Positions 29,603 through 38,461 of a DNA stretch of 64,000 bases are shown in pieces. The stretch is from a virus: positions 7,298 through 71,297 of the IMG/VR virus record IMGVR_UViG_3300048088_000530. One strand, given 5' to 3'. The notes below the pieces were generated by a model. That model had not been told where the DNA came from. It made no database searches and saw only the letters and a list, made by a program, of their open reading frames with translations. Numbering within the stretch: position 1 is the stretch's first letter; the number at the start of each line of letters is the position of its first letter. A program made the position numbers and the translations under genes.

Positions 29603-31284
29603 CGATGGCTCCATACAACCCGGATATTACGCGCGCTCTGAAGTGGCTTCAGAACAACGCGCCGAACATCCAGTCAATCGTGACCCAGAAGGCGGATTGG
29701 TACGGCAAGTACAACGACCAATTCTGGATGAACTGGGAAGAGAACGTGTTTGACCTTCGCACGGCCAACGCGTTCGGCCTAGTGGTCTGGTGCATCATCT
29801 TGGGACTGCCGCTGTCGGCCTTCAACTTCCAGCCGATCACGAACGCATTCGCCTTCGGTTCGCAGCGCGGCAACTTCCAGGATGGCGGCGGGCACGTTGC
29901 CCCGTTCACGTTCGTCGGCACACCCACGATCTACTCAAACGGCATCGCGCTTTCCACTTCTTCGTATGCGATCAATTCGGCAACGGCCCAGATCACGTTC
30001 GGTGGCGCGCCTGCAATCGGCGCGAAGCTGACCTGGTCAGGCTCGATCCAGAATCCGAACACGTCACAGACACTCGTCGTCCAACAGCCGCGCCCTATCG
30101 GGACAGGCGACGGCATCACCACCGTATTCAATATGTTCCCTGCGGACGGTGGGAATTATGATGAGGTCGGTTCGAACTTCTACGGCGGCGGGTCGTCGTC
30201 CGTTGCTTCGCTGAACGAAATCCGCTACGCCTGCATGCTGCGTTACGTGACGCTGGTGTCGAATGGTCGCATACAGTGGATCAATCAGATGCTGGCATAT
30301 ATCTTCAACGGCGGCGCGGCCTGGACTCCTACCACAAAGAAGTACTTTTATCTGGCTGATTCGACGCTTGCCAATCTGGGCGTAACTGGAGCGTCAATCT
30401 ACCGGCAGGACTGGCAAGGCAACCAGCTGATGTACGCAACGCCGCGCACGAACCTGGTCAAGTACTCGCAAGACTTCACCAATGCTGCATGGTTGAAGCA
30501 AAACGCTGGCGTTGGCGTCGCTCCTGTCGTAACGGGAAACTATGCAACTGCACCAGACGGAACTATGACGGCAAGCCGGGTGCAGTTCAACCTTGGCGGC
30601 GGCGTTGCTGGCAGCGACTACAGCCGTTTGACGCAAAACGTAACGACAATCGCGCAGCAGGGATATGCATCGGGCGTTTGGGTGCGGTCCACGGACGGAG
30701 TTTCGACATACACGCTGCAACTTACATTCAATGGTCAGTACACAGGCAATGCCAGGATAACAGTCGGCCCCACTTGGACTTTTGTGACGCAAAGTATCGC
30801 CTCTGCAATTGATACATCGCGCAACTTCCGTTTCGATACGCAGGGCGGCGCTGGAACTTCGAATACAGCAGATATTTTGATGTGGGGTGCGATGCACGTG
30901 CAAGGCGCGGTGACCGGCGCTTACATTCCGACCACTAGCGCGGCTGTGACGGTGACGGACTACTCCATCAACACGACGACCGCCAACGTCACGTTCTCAA
31001 CTGCGCCGGTGACTGGCGCAGTCCTGACCTACAGCGGCACGTATCAAGGCGTTACGACGCCAACGCCGCAACAGTTCGGAACGGGCAACGGCTCAATGAC
31101 CAGTTTCATGCTGAGCCTTCCGCCTGGTGCACCCGCTCCGATCAGCACCCCGTATTACATGGAATACAGGATTGGCGCGAATATGGGCCTTTCCGCTCAG
31201 TTCGTCAACCTTCTAAACAATGCCTCATACGGCATCATGCCGACTTGTGCAGGCATCCGCTACGCAGTCGTTCAGGAGTCTTAA
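29599..31284 (+). CDS. DUF2612 baseplate wedge protein with inserted beta-domains and a carbohydrate-binding-like module
   Basis: VFDLRTANAFGLVVWCIILG; inserted RTNLVKYSQDF..W..APDG module; C-terminal MPTCAGI. Confidence 0.75.
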   Translation: MTMAPYNPDITRALKWLQNNAPNIQSIVTQKADWYGKYNDQFWMNWEENVFDLRTANAFGLVVWCIILGLPLSAFNFQPITNAFAFGSQRGNFQDGGGHVAPFTFVGTPTIYSNGIALSTSSYAINSATAQITFGGAPAIGAKLTWSGSIQNPNTSQTLVVQQPRPIGTGDGITTVFNMFPADGGNYDEVGSNFYGGGSSSVASLNEIRYACMLRYVTLVSNGRIQWINQMLAYIFNGGAAWTPTTKKYFYLADSTLANLGVTGASIYRQDWQGNQLMYATPRTNLVKYSQDFTNAAWLKQNAGVGVAPVVTGNYATAPDGTMTASRVQFNLGGGVAGSDYSRLTQNVTTIAQQGYASGVWVRSTDGVSTYTLQLTFNGQYTGNARITVGPTWTFVTQSIASAIDTSRNFRFDTQGGAGTSNTADILMWGAMHVQGAVTGAYIPTTSAAVTVTDYSINTTTANVTFSTAPVTGAVLTYSGTYQGVTTPTPQQFGTGNGSMTSFMLSLPPGAPAPISTPYYMEYRIGANMGLSAQFVNLLNNASYGIMPTCAGIRYAVVQES

Positions 31285-31287
31285 CAA

Positions 31288-32625
31288 ATGGCGAATCCAC
31301 CGCTCATTACCGTTCCGTTTGCAAACTCTGGCGACCAATCGGTGCTGCCGGCAACCGATCCGAACGGGTTTGTGAACTTCACAACAGGCTACACGCCGGA
31401 TTATGAAATCAATCTGGCTGCTGGCGACCCGTCCGCAAAGGCGGTTGAGCGCGGCATCCAGAACTATCTGTTCAACGTCCTGACGAACGGGATGATGTAC
31501 TGGCAGACCAACAACCGTCCGTGCTGGTACGCCGGTATGCCTGGCGGTTACGGCAAGTACGCAGAAGTGACGCTGCTGGACGTCTCAAACAACCCGGTCC
31601 CGTACCGCTCGCTGGTTGCTGGCAACGTTTCCACACCTGGAAGCAGCAGCACCTGGGAATATATCCAGGGGTCCGGTGAAATGATCAAGAACGTTCCGAT
31701 GCCCAGCGGTGGCGCTGGCGGGCCTTCTGCTCTGCTGGTGACAGCCGCGACGGACTTCAACACGTTCATAACTTCCGGCACCTTCCAATTTGCAACGGAC
31801 GCGATTGTAACCGGCTCGCCCAATACGCCGGCAAACGGCAGCAATGCAGCCGCGAGCGGTATGCTTGAAGTGGCTTCGTGGACGCAATCCGGCTCCACCT
31901 ACGTCACCCAGTTTTTCCGCGACCGCAACGGCCTTGGCTTCATGCGCGGCTCGACCAACGGCAGCTGGACTATCTGGAAAATCTGGGCAAACGCCACGCA
32001 ATTCGTCGTCGGTGAAGTTCGTATGTGGAGCGGCACGGCGACGCAAGCCGCAGTTACTGCCGCGTGGGGACCGGGCTGGCATCTGTGCGACGGAACGCTT
32101 GGGACTCCGAATTTGCGTGACCGTTTCATCGTCGGCGCGGGTGCGTCGTATGCCAATGGCGCGAGCGGCGGCGCGACGACCGCAGCCCTGTCCACGACGA
32201 ACATGCCTGCTCACAACCACGTGATCAACATCAGTGACCCTGGTCATGCGCACGGAGTTTCGCAAGGCGCTCACGCCCACGGAGTCGTTGATCCAGGCCA
32301 CGCTCACGGCGTGTACGATCCGGGCCACTCGCACTTCACCACATTTCCGACTTCGTTCGTGTCCGGCAACCAGCACACAGGCGGCCAGGAAGTCACATTT
32401 GACAACACCGGTGGGCAGAACGTCGGTACATCTTCAAGCGGGACCGGCATTGCCATCTACGGAAATGGCACCGGCATCGGAATATCCGGTGCCACCATCC
32501 CGATCAGCATCAACGGCGCTGGCACCGGAATCACCGCCAGTTCCAACAACAACGGCAGCGGCTCTGCTTTCTCGATCCTGCCGCCGTACTACGCTCTGTG
32601 CTACGTCATGTACACCGGGTCTTAA
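31288..32625 (+). CDS. Tail fibre protein
   Basis: VPFANSGD..GYTPDYE N-terminus; collar GWHLCDG..PNLRDRFIVG; HxH needle repeats; PPYYALCYVM. Confidence 0.88.
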   Translation: MANPPLITVPFANSGDQSVLPATDPNGFVNFTTGYTPDYEINLAAGDPSAKAVERGIQNYLFNVLTNGMMYWQTNNRPCWYAGMPGGYGKYAEVTLLDVSNNPVPYRSLVAGNVSTPGSSSTWEYIQGSGEMIKNVPMPSGGAGGPSALLVTAATDFNTFITSGTFQFATDAIVTGSPNTPANGSNAAASGMLEVASWTQSGSTYVTQFFRDRNGLGFMRGSTNGSWTIWKIWANATQFVVGEVRMWSGTATQAAVTAAWGPGWHLCDGTLGTPNLRDRFIVGAGASYANGASGGATTAALSTTNMPAHNHVINISDPGHAHGVSQGAHAHGVVDPGHAHGVYDPGHSHFTTFPTSFVSGNQHTGGQEVTFDNTGGQNVGTSSSGTGIAIYGNGTGIGISGATIPISINGAGTGITASSNNNGSGSAFSILPPYYALCYVMYTGS

Positions 32626-32636
32626 GGAGAACTTAG

Positions 32637-33377
32637 ATGGGCATCAAACTTACCTCTGCAATCCTCATGGCTGGCACCGGTTGCTCTGCAGCAATCGCCG
32701 GTGCTTGGCTGGCTCCGATGCAGGCCGCGTGCGACGAGTTTGGCGTCAGCGATACGCCAGCGCGCGTCGCGGCCTTCCTGGCCAACGTAGGTGTCGAATC
32801 GAACGGCCTGACGGTCTTCGTGGAGAATCTAAACTACAGCGCGCAAGGCCTGGCAAACACCTGGCCTGGTCGTTACGCCGTTGGCGCGCACGTACTCCAG
32901 AAGGTGCCGAATCAACTGGCCTATCAACTGGGCGGTAAGCCGCAGGCCATCGCCAATAACGTCTATGCAAACCGTCTGGGGAATGGACCGGAATCGAGTG
33001 GGGATGGGTGGAAGTTTCGTGGCCAAGGTCCGATCCAGCTGACTGGCCACGACAACATTCTGAAGTTCTTCGCTGCGGCTGGCCTTCCTTTGCAGACCGA
33101 TCCTGCTGAGCTTCAAAGGCCGGTCTTGGGATCGAAGTCAGCCGCGTGGTTCTTCTCGACTTCTGGCGCATTCGCCTATGCAGATGAAGGGAACTTCGAT
33201 TGCACGGTGAAGAGCGTCAATGGCCAGGTGCCGTGCCAGGAAAATCAAGGCGACCGGCGGAACAAGTTGTATCAGGCGGCATTGCCGCTTGCACAGGCGG
33301 CAGCGAAACCAGCGGCACCGGTTCCGGCTCCGAAGAAGGCACCGGTGGCTCCTGCGACGGCGACAGATAAGCCGTAG
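32637..33377 (+). CDS. Endolysin, glycoside hydrolase family 19
   Basis: AAFLANVGVES..ENLNYS..DGWKFRGQGPIQLTG. Confidence 0.9.
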   Translation: MGIKLTSAILMAGTGCSAAIAGAWLAPMQAACDEFGVSDTPARVAAFLANVGVESNGLTVFVENLNYSAQGLANTWPGRYAVGAHVLQKVPNQLAYQLGGKPQAIANNVYANRLGNGPESSGDGWKFRGQGPIQLTGHDNILKFFAAAGLPLQTDPAELQRPVLGSKSAAWFFSTSGAFAYADEGNFDCTVKSVNGQVPCQENQGDRRNKLYQAALPLAQAAAKPAAPVPAPKKAPVAPATATDKP

Positions 33378-33625
33378 AGCCTGCTACGCCAGCGGCCAGG
33401 ACGGCTCTGAGGACACGACCCTTAACCGTCAGGCCGATCAACTTCATCAGGAACGTAGCGCCAGCATCCACAAGTTCAGGATCGACTTGTGGGTGTTTCT
33501 TTTTGTGGTGCTCTACTCTGAAATGCTCGAACATTGGAATCGGCCTGAAAACGCTCCTTTCGAAGCGTATTTATACACTCGGTTAATAAGGCAGCTGGAC
33601 TACTACCGCCATACAAAACCACATA

Positions 33626-34552
33626 TCACAGGTCGTTAGGATCGCGAATCGACTCAAACATACCGTGTCGCGGCACGTCAACGACGCCGTGCGGGAAGTA
33701 CTTGAACCGCGCGAGTTCGCCCATGAATTCAGACTGGAAGTTGTCGAAAGCGTGCTTGCGCTCTTCGTGAGTCAGTGAAGTTGCGCTAATCTCGAATGGG
33801 CGCGGCCAATTGCCCGATTCTACCGTGAACGCGCCGATCATTCCGGTGCCGACCATCATATCTTTATTCTCACTTCGTTTCGAGTTACCGAAGTTGTCCT
33901 GCACGGCGTCGTTCATATTCTCCATCTGCTCCTTGAAGCCGGTGATGAGCGCTTCTTCGGTGATGAACCGCTTGACCTTCAGCAGCAAGTTCTCCTTCAC
34001 CGTGCTGCGGCCATACTTGTAACGTCCGTTCGGGTCGCGCAGCATGATTCCTTCGAACCCGTTGTCCACAGCGATCTTTTCGAAGTGAAGCAACTCTTCC
34101 AGGTTCATAACCATCGTCTGCGGCAGGTAGTCGATCCGGGTGAAGCCGCGCGCATGGAGTTCTTCGACGCGAGCGCACGCCCGCTGTGAGCGATGCATGA
34201 AGGCTTCGTTCGGATTGGTTCGGTCATCGAAGATGTACCAGCGCACGTCAGGCTCGCCAGTCTTACGCCGCACCGGGCCAGAGGTGTTGTGGAAGGCGCG
34301 CGGATCGTTCCAGGCACCAACGACCAACTCACCGTCCAGACCGGTAAAGTCCAGGTGCGGCATCCCAGCCAAGGTGCGGTTCTGGTACAACGATTGGGTG
34401 TACTCGTTAGTGACCGGATTCGCACTGCTTGTCAGAATATTGCCCTCTTCATGGAACGCGCGATAACCGTCCAACTTGAAGCTGGCGAAGTACGGGAAAC
34501 GGAGTTCAGACTCAACATAGTCATCGCCCTTCATCGGCTTTTTGATTGCCAT
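33626..34552 (-). CDS. ATP-dependent DNA ligase
   Basis: KLDGYR, LDGEL, FEGIMLR, LLKVK motifs. Confidence 0.93.
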   Translation of the reverse strand: MAIKKPMKGDDYVESELRFPYFASFKLDGYRAFHEEGNILTSSANPVTNEYTQSLYQNRTLAGMPHLDFTGLDGELVVGAWNDPRAFHNTSGPVRRKTGEPDVRWYIFDDRTNPNEAFMHRSQRACARVEELHARGFTRIDYLPQTMVMNLEELLHFEKIAVDNGFEGIMLRDPNGRYKYGRSTVKENLLLKVKRFITEEALITGFKEQMENMNDAVQDNFGNSKRSENKDMMVGTGMIGAFTVESGNWPRPFEISATSLTHEERKHAFDNFQSEFMGELARFKYFPHGVVDVPRHGMFESIRDPNDL

Positions 34553-34573
34553 TCTTACTGCTCCTTAGATGTG

Positions 34574-34598
34574 AAAAGAGGCCCAACTGGTGAGCCTC
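34574..34598 (-). terminator. Terminator hairpin with CCAGT loop
   Basis: GAGGCTCA-CCAGT-TGGGCCTC-TTTT. Confidence 0.7.
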
Positions 34599-34622
34599 AA
34601 ATATAGCGTGCCGAAGTGGCGA

Positions 34623-35315
34623 TTACTGCGTGATCAGGTCGAAGTTCTCCAGAACCAGCTGGCTCCAGTTCTCCAGCGCACCTTCGCCCAATGCGAGGGT
34701 TTCTGAAGGAAGGGTCCAGCCGATGGTCGTCAGTTCTTCTTCGCGGCAGCGCGGATCGAAACCAGCCGGGACTTCCATGGCCATCACGATACCGTAGTGC
34801 ACGCGTCCGACCGCGTTGGAAGTGTCGTTTATCATGCCGACGAACTTGGGGAAGAAGTCGGTGTGAGTAGCACGAACTTGGTCAAACGACAGCAGATTAT
34901 GGCTGCCGGGATGCTTGAAGCTGAACTCTTCGTTGAGCTCACGAGCGATTGCCCGCGCAAACGTCAACACCACGTCGATCACGCTACCATTCAGCGCAAC
35001 GTCCGCGATATCGACGTGTCCGCCGCCGCCGACCGAAAGCGCACCGGCCAGACGCTCTTCGCCAACCTTCTTCGTGCGCTGGTACGTGAAGACGCGCGGC
35101 GAGGTCTGGAATTCGGTCGGTCGCTGGTACATCAAGACATACGGAAGAGCCTGGCCAAAGCGCTCATCCGTTTCCAGTTCCGCACGGCGTCCGATGAACA
35201 GCGACTTGCCTGCGCTTTCGAAGAACGCTTTGGGCGGCATCTGGATGAAGCCGCTGAGCGGTTCGATGCCGAAGGTTGCCTTTTCGAACGCCAGAATGTG
35301 TTGCGGGTGCTTCAT
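34623..35315 (-). CDS. NUDIX-like phosphoesterase (COG4112-type)
   Basis: E.DERFGQALPY, GEERL..LSVGGGGHV, ARELNEE, INDTSNAVGRVHYG, LENWS. Confidence 0.8.
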   Translation of the reverse strand: MKHPQHILAFEKATFGIEPLSGFIQMPPKAFFESAGKSLFIGRRAELETDERFGQALPYVLMYQRPTEFQTSPRVFTYQRTKKVGEERLAGALSVGGGGHVDIADVALNGSVIDVVLTFARAIARELNEEFSFKHPGSHNLLSFDQVRATHTDFFPKFVGMINDTSNAVGRVHYGIVMAMEVPAGFDPRCREEELTTIGWTLPSETLALGEGALENWSQLVLENFDLITQ

Positions 35316-35887
35316 TTCGTTACTCCAGGCAGTGCGCCGTTGCAGGTCGCGCGGTCTTGCGCGATGAGGTCGATGGCTTCGTTCAACGCAGCTGCGTTGA
35401 CGTCTGCGGTGTGGAATCGCTGGGTGAGGTACCAATTAAGGCTTGATACCCCGTCAAGAAGTCCACTTTGACTTTGGCTGCCGGCTGAAGGTTGGCCGGT
35501 GCCGGTGGGAGCGATTGGCACGCCAGGAGTACCGGCGCTGGTGTGGGTTGCGGCAAGGTAGCTGCGCAACCGGCCAGCCCAAGCAGAGCCATTGCGAATG
35601 GCAGCATCGCGAGCCGTTGTAAGCGAGTCGATTTCATCTTGATGGTCCTTGACCAGCTTTGTCTGCTGGAGGTCGAATTGCGTTTGTTGGAACAGCAGCG
35701 CGGCCTTGTTATCGGCCAGTTGGGCTTCGCCCTTCTGCGACTGCTGGGACACGTAAAGGTCGTGAGCGGCCTTCTCGCTGGCGAATCCGTTGTGGTGGCC
35801 CCAGAGGTATGCGCCGCCAACGGCCAAGCCAACTATGGCCACTTTCGCCAGGATTGCTTGCGGGTTCAGATCGGAAAGGATTGACAC
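35312..35887 (-). CDS. Inner-membrane spanin (Rz-like)
   Basis: N-terminal TM then coiled coil; GTG with AAGGAG RBS; contains embedded lipoprotein gene. Confidence 0.8.
   Translation of the reverse strand: MSILSDLNPQAILAKVAIVGLAVGGAYLWGHHNGFASEKAAHDLYVSQQSQKGEAQLADNKAALLFQQTQFDLQQTKLVKDHQDEIDSLTTARDAAIRNGSAWAGRLRSYLAATHTSAGTPGVPIAPTGTGQPSAGSQSQSGLLDGVSSLNWYLTQRFHTADVNAAALNEAIDLIAQDRATCNGALPGVTK
35383..35637 (-). CDS. Outer-membrane spanin (Rz1-like lipoprotein), embedded in alternate frame
   Basis: MKSTRLQRLAMLPFAMALLG-LAGC lipobox, Pro-rich mature part. Confidence 0.8.
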   Translation of the reverse strand: MKSTRLQRLAMLPFAMALLGLAGCAATLPQPTPAPVLLACQSLPPAPANLQPAAKVKVDFLTGYQALIGTSPSDSTPQTSTQLR

Positions 35888-35897
35888 TTTGGTCTCC

Positions 35898-36155
35898 TTA
35901 TTGTGAATCGGTCTTCTGCTTGAACGCGACCGCACCTGTCACCGCAGCAACGCCGCCAAGCATGCCTGCGAACGCCGTTCCGAACGCGATCATATCAAAC
36001 GAGATTCGGTGGAGTACGCTGTACACGCAAAGGAAGAGGAACGTTGGGAAGCCGGTGAGAAGCATGAACAGTGTCGCGACACGTGCCATATCATAGCTCT
36101 TGCCGTCATTCTCCGTTCCGCTGTCCTTAACGGCCTTTATGATTTCGGTGATCAC
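35898..36155 (-). CDS. Probable holin (2 TM segments)
   Basis: 85 aa, two hydrophobic helices, charged C-terminus, directly upstream of spanins. Confidence 0.65.
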   Translation of the reverse strand: MITEIIKAVKDSGTENDGKSYDMARVATLFMLLTGFPTFLFLCVYSVLHRISFDMIAFGTAFAGMLGGVAAVTGAVAFKQKTDSQ

Positions 36156-36170
36156 GCCAAACCCCTGTAA

Positions 36171-36196
36171 GAAAGGGCCAGATTAGTGGCCCTTTC
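36171..36196. terminator. Hairpin, probable terminator
   Basis: GAAAGGGCCA/TGGCCCTTTC 10-bp inverted repeat. Confidence 0.6.
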
Positions 36197-36222
36197 GGTT
36201 CAGACTATCGCAGCAGGCCCAA

Positions 36223-36519
36223 TTAGCTGGCTGCGGTGCCGGTCGTCGCTGCAGCCGTTTCCGTGGTCGCGGCAGGCGGCTGTGCCACCGACACGGCGAC
36301 GCGAGCAGCGGCCCACTTCGCGCCTTCTGCAAACGCCTGCGACAGCGTCAGTTCGGTCGTTTCGAGCTTCGCGAACGCTGCCGATTCAGCGGCCTTCAGT
36401 TCGTCTTCACCGTACGCGACGCCCGATGCGACTGCGGTGGTGGCCTTCGAAACCGCGCTGGTCAACTTCGCTTTGAGCGCGTCGAATTCATCGACAATAT
36501 CCGTGAACAAGTGCATCAT
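36223..36519 (-). CDS. Ala-rich hypothetical protein
   Basis: AAGGA RBS; MMHLFTDIVDEF... Confidence 0.65.
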   Translation of the reverse strand: MMHLFTDIVDEFDALKAKLTSAVSKATTAVASGVAYGEDELKAAESAAFAKLETTELTLSQAFAEGAKWAAARVAVSVAQPPAATTETAAATTGTAAS

Positions 36520-36586
36520 GATGTTTCCTTGAATGGAGAGGTTGGATAGGAACCGCTTGCGCGGCTCCGCTATTCTAGGCCAGGGC

Positions 36587-37438
36587 TTAGAACTTATCCG
36601 CTTCGGTCGGCGCACCCGACACCGAAGAGTCGCCGGCATCGACCGATTTGGAGTAATCGGCCTTGACTTCGCCGCCCAGGATCGACGCATAGAACGCCTT
36701 CGCGTCTGCGTACACTTGCGGATCGCTGACCAGGCCGTCCAGTTCGAACTTGACGCCAGCCCAGTTGCCCTTGTCGTTGCTCGCCGCGATGGTCGTCAGC
36801 TTGACCAGGTTCGCGAAGGTCGGAGGCGTACGGTCACCCGCTGCCGTCTTCACCTTCTTCTGCTGAAGCGACGTCAACAGCATCTTCGATGCCTTGATCT
36901 GCGACGAAGCGAGCGACAGGATGGCGGGCGATGCCGTGCCGCTTTCCGGGTCGATGGCCAGGACGAAGTGCGAGCGGGTGTCGGCATAGTAGTCCGACTT
37001 CTTGATGTTGACTTCGCCCTTGTCGTCTTTGACGAGCAGCTTGCCGTCCACGTTCTCGATGGTGCCGGACTCGATGATCTTGTCCATTTCTTCCGGCGTG
37101 ACTTCACCCTTGAAGCCGCCATCGCCGTCACGCGCACCCCAGAGGATGAACGAGCGCTTGTATGCGCAGGGGATGATCACCAGCGGTGCCGTGCGGACGT
37201 CATAGCCCTTCTGCGTGACGGTGTTGAAGATCATGCCGGCCTTCAGGCCCGGAATGTACTTTGCGTTGTCCTCATCCGCGATGGGCGACGACTTCTGGAG
37301 AATCTGCAGGAAGGGAATCGCAAACGAATCCTTGTCCGCGCCTTCGAAACCCATGCCGTAATCGCCATCCAGGAACGCCGGTGCGGCGAGTGCGCCCTTT
37401 TGGACTTCTGCGACTTCAGTGGTTTGAGCCTTAGCCAT
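36587..37438 (-). CDS. Conserved replication protein, probable ssDNA-binding protein
   Basis: GFEGAD..FAIPFLQILQKSSP..; acidic tail ending in F. Confidence 0.55.
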   Translation of the reverse strand: MAKAQTTEVAEVQKGALAAPAFLDGDYGMGFEGADKDSFAIPFLQILQKSSPIADEDNAKYIPGLKAGMIFNTVTQKGYDVRTAPLVIIPCAYKRSFILWGARDGDGGFKGEVTPEEMDKIIESGTIENVDGKLLVKDDKGEVNIKKSDYYADTRSHFVLAIDPESGTASPAILSLASSQIKASKMLLTSLQQKKVKTAAGDRTPPTFANLVKLTTIAASNDKGNWAGVKFELDGLVSDPQVYADAKAFYASILGGEVKADYSKSVDAGDSSVSGAPTEADKF

Positions 37439-37487
37439 TTCTGTTTCCTTCTGTGTTAAAAGAGGTTTGCTACTGCGGTTGAATTAT

Positions 37488-38069
37488 CTACTTTTTGCGT
37501 GTCTTCGGAAGTGCAATTTTCGCGACTTTATACTCAAACACACCGAACGTTTCCAGCGGCAAGTTCGTGCCCGCTTCCAGCTGCTCCTTCACGAACGACT
37601 TCAGTGTCTGTGGATGGACACCTTCGGAAACTGACGGCTCAAAACCGGCTTCGTGCAGAGTCTCCATGGCCTTCTTGACCGCGTCCTGCTCGCCTTTGCC
37701 GAATGACAGCGTCAGGCCGGTCTTGATGATGCCGTCGAACTCGTGTTCACGCAGCCAGTCGAACGCTGCTGGCTTGCGCTCTTCCGTCAGGCCGCACTTG
37801 ACGTCTTCCTTGACGGTGACCTTCGAGCCGTCCGTCAGCTTGAACTCTTCCAGCCCCAACGTCTTCATGATCGTCGGGATATGGCCCATCAGGATTTTGT
37901 CCTGCTTGCCCTTGAGTTCTTCGAGCGCGACCGTGGCAACAGCAATCTGCTGCTCCAGTTCTTTCGACTCCATCGCGAGCGCGGTCAAACGCTCCAGCGT
38001 CGCGGCTTGCACTTCTTCCGGTACTTTAGGCAGATCATCGAAGAAGTCGATTGCGGGTGCTTCACTCAC
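37488..38069 (-). CDS. Conserved phage replication-module protein
   Basis: AFDWLREHEFDGIIK..VHPQTLKSFVKE. Confidence 0.7.
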   Translation of the reverse strand: MSEAPAIDFFDDLPKVPEEVQAATLERLTALAMESKELEQQIAVATVALEELKGKQDKILMGHIPTIMKTLGLEEFKLTDGSKVTVKEDVKCGLTEERKPAAFDWLREHEFDGIIKTGLTLSFGKGEQDAVKKAMETLHEAGFEPSVSEGVHPQTLKSFVKEQLEAGTNLPLETFGVFEYKVAKIALPKTRKK

Positions 38070-38401
38070 GGCCTTACCTCCAGCATTAGATAGCGGTTCA
38101 ACTTCTTATCCCATTTAAGCATGTTAAATGAGGCTTGGTTGCGCAGGATGACACCTGAGCACACTGCGATCACGGACGGATCGCCTACCGCAACGAAGTA
38201 ATCGCGAGCGGTGAAGGAGTCCAATGATGCGTGAATTTTTGCGGTCAGCTGCGACAAGAACATCGGGTCGTCTTCTTTGTCCAGGATCGTCGTAAGGGTG
38301 CCGAAGTGCGCCGCGCTCGTGAAGTCGAATACCGGCACAAATCGGTCGGCGCTTTTGTCCCAGCGCTCGACCAGCTGCGGGATAAATACTCTGGGAAACA
38401 T
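38066..38401 (-). CDS. Hypothetical protein
   Basis: 111-aa ORF, AAAGGA RBS, GDP..LKWD motif. Confidence 0.7.
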   Translation of the reverse strand: MFPRVFIPQLVERWDKSADRFVPVFDFTSAAHFGTLTTILDKEDDPMFLSQLTAKIHASLDSFTARDYFVAVGDPSVIAVCSGVILRNQASFNMLKWDKKLNRYLMLEVRP

Positions 38402-38461
38402 GTCTTTCTTCCTTTCTCAATTCGTTTCGGGTTACAGCAATTATGCCGTAACCCGGTGACG

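Noticed and set aside
33217-33639. ORFs on both strands after the endolysin, considered as holin/antiholin
   Set aside because: Both overlap the endolysin heavily and lack a well-spaced RBS; a better holin candidate is at 35898. The minus-strand ORF cannot be fully excluded
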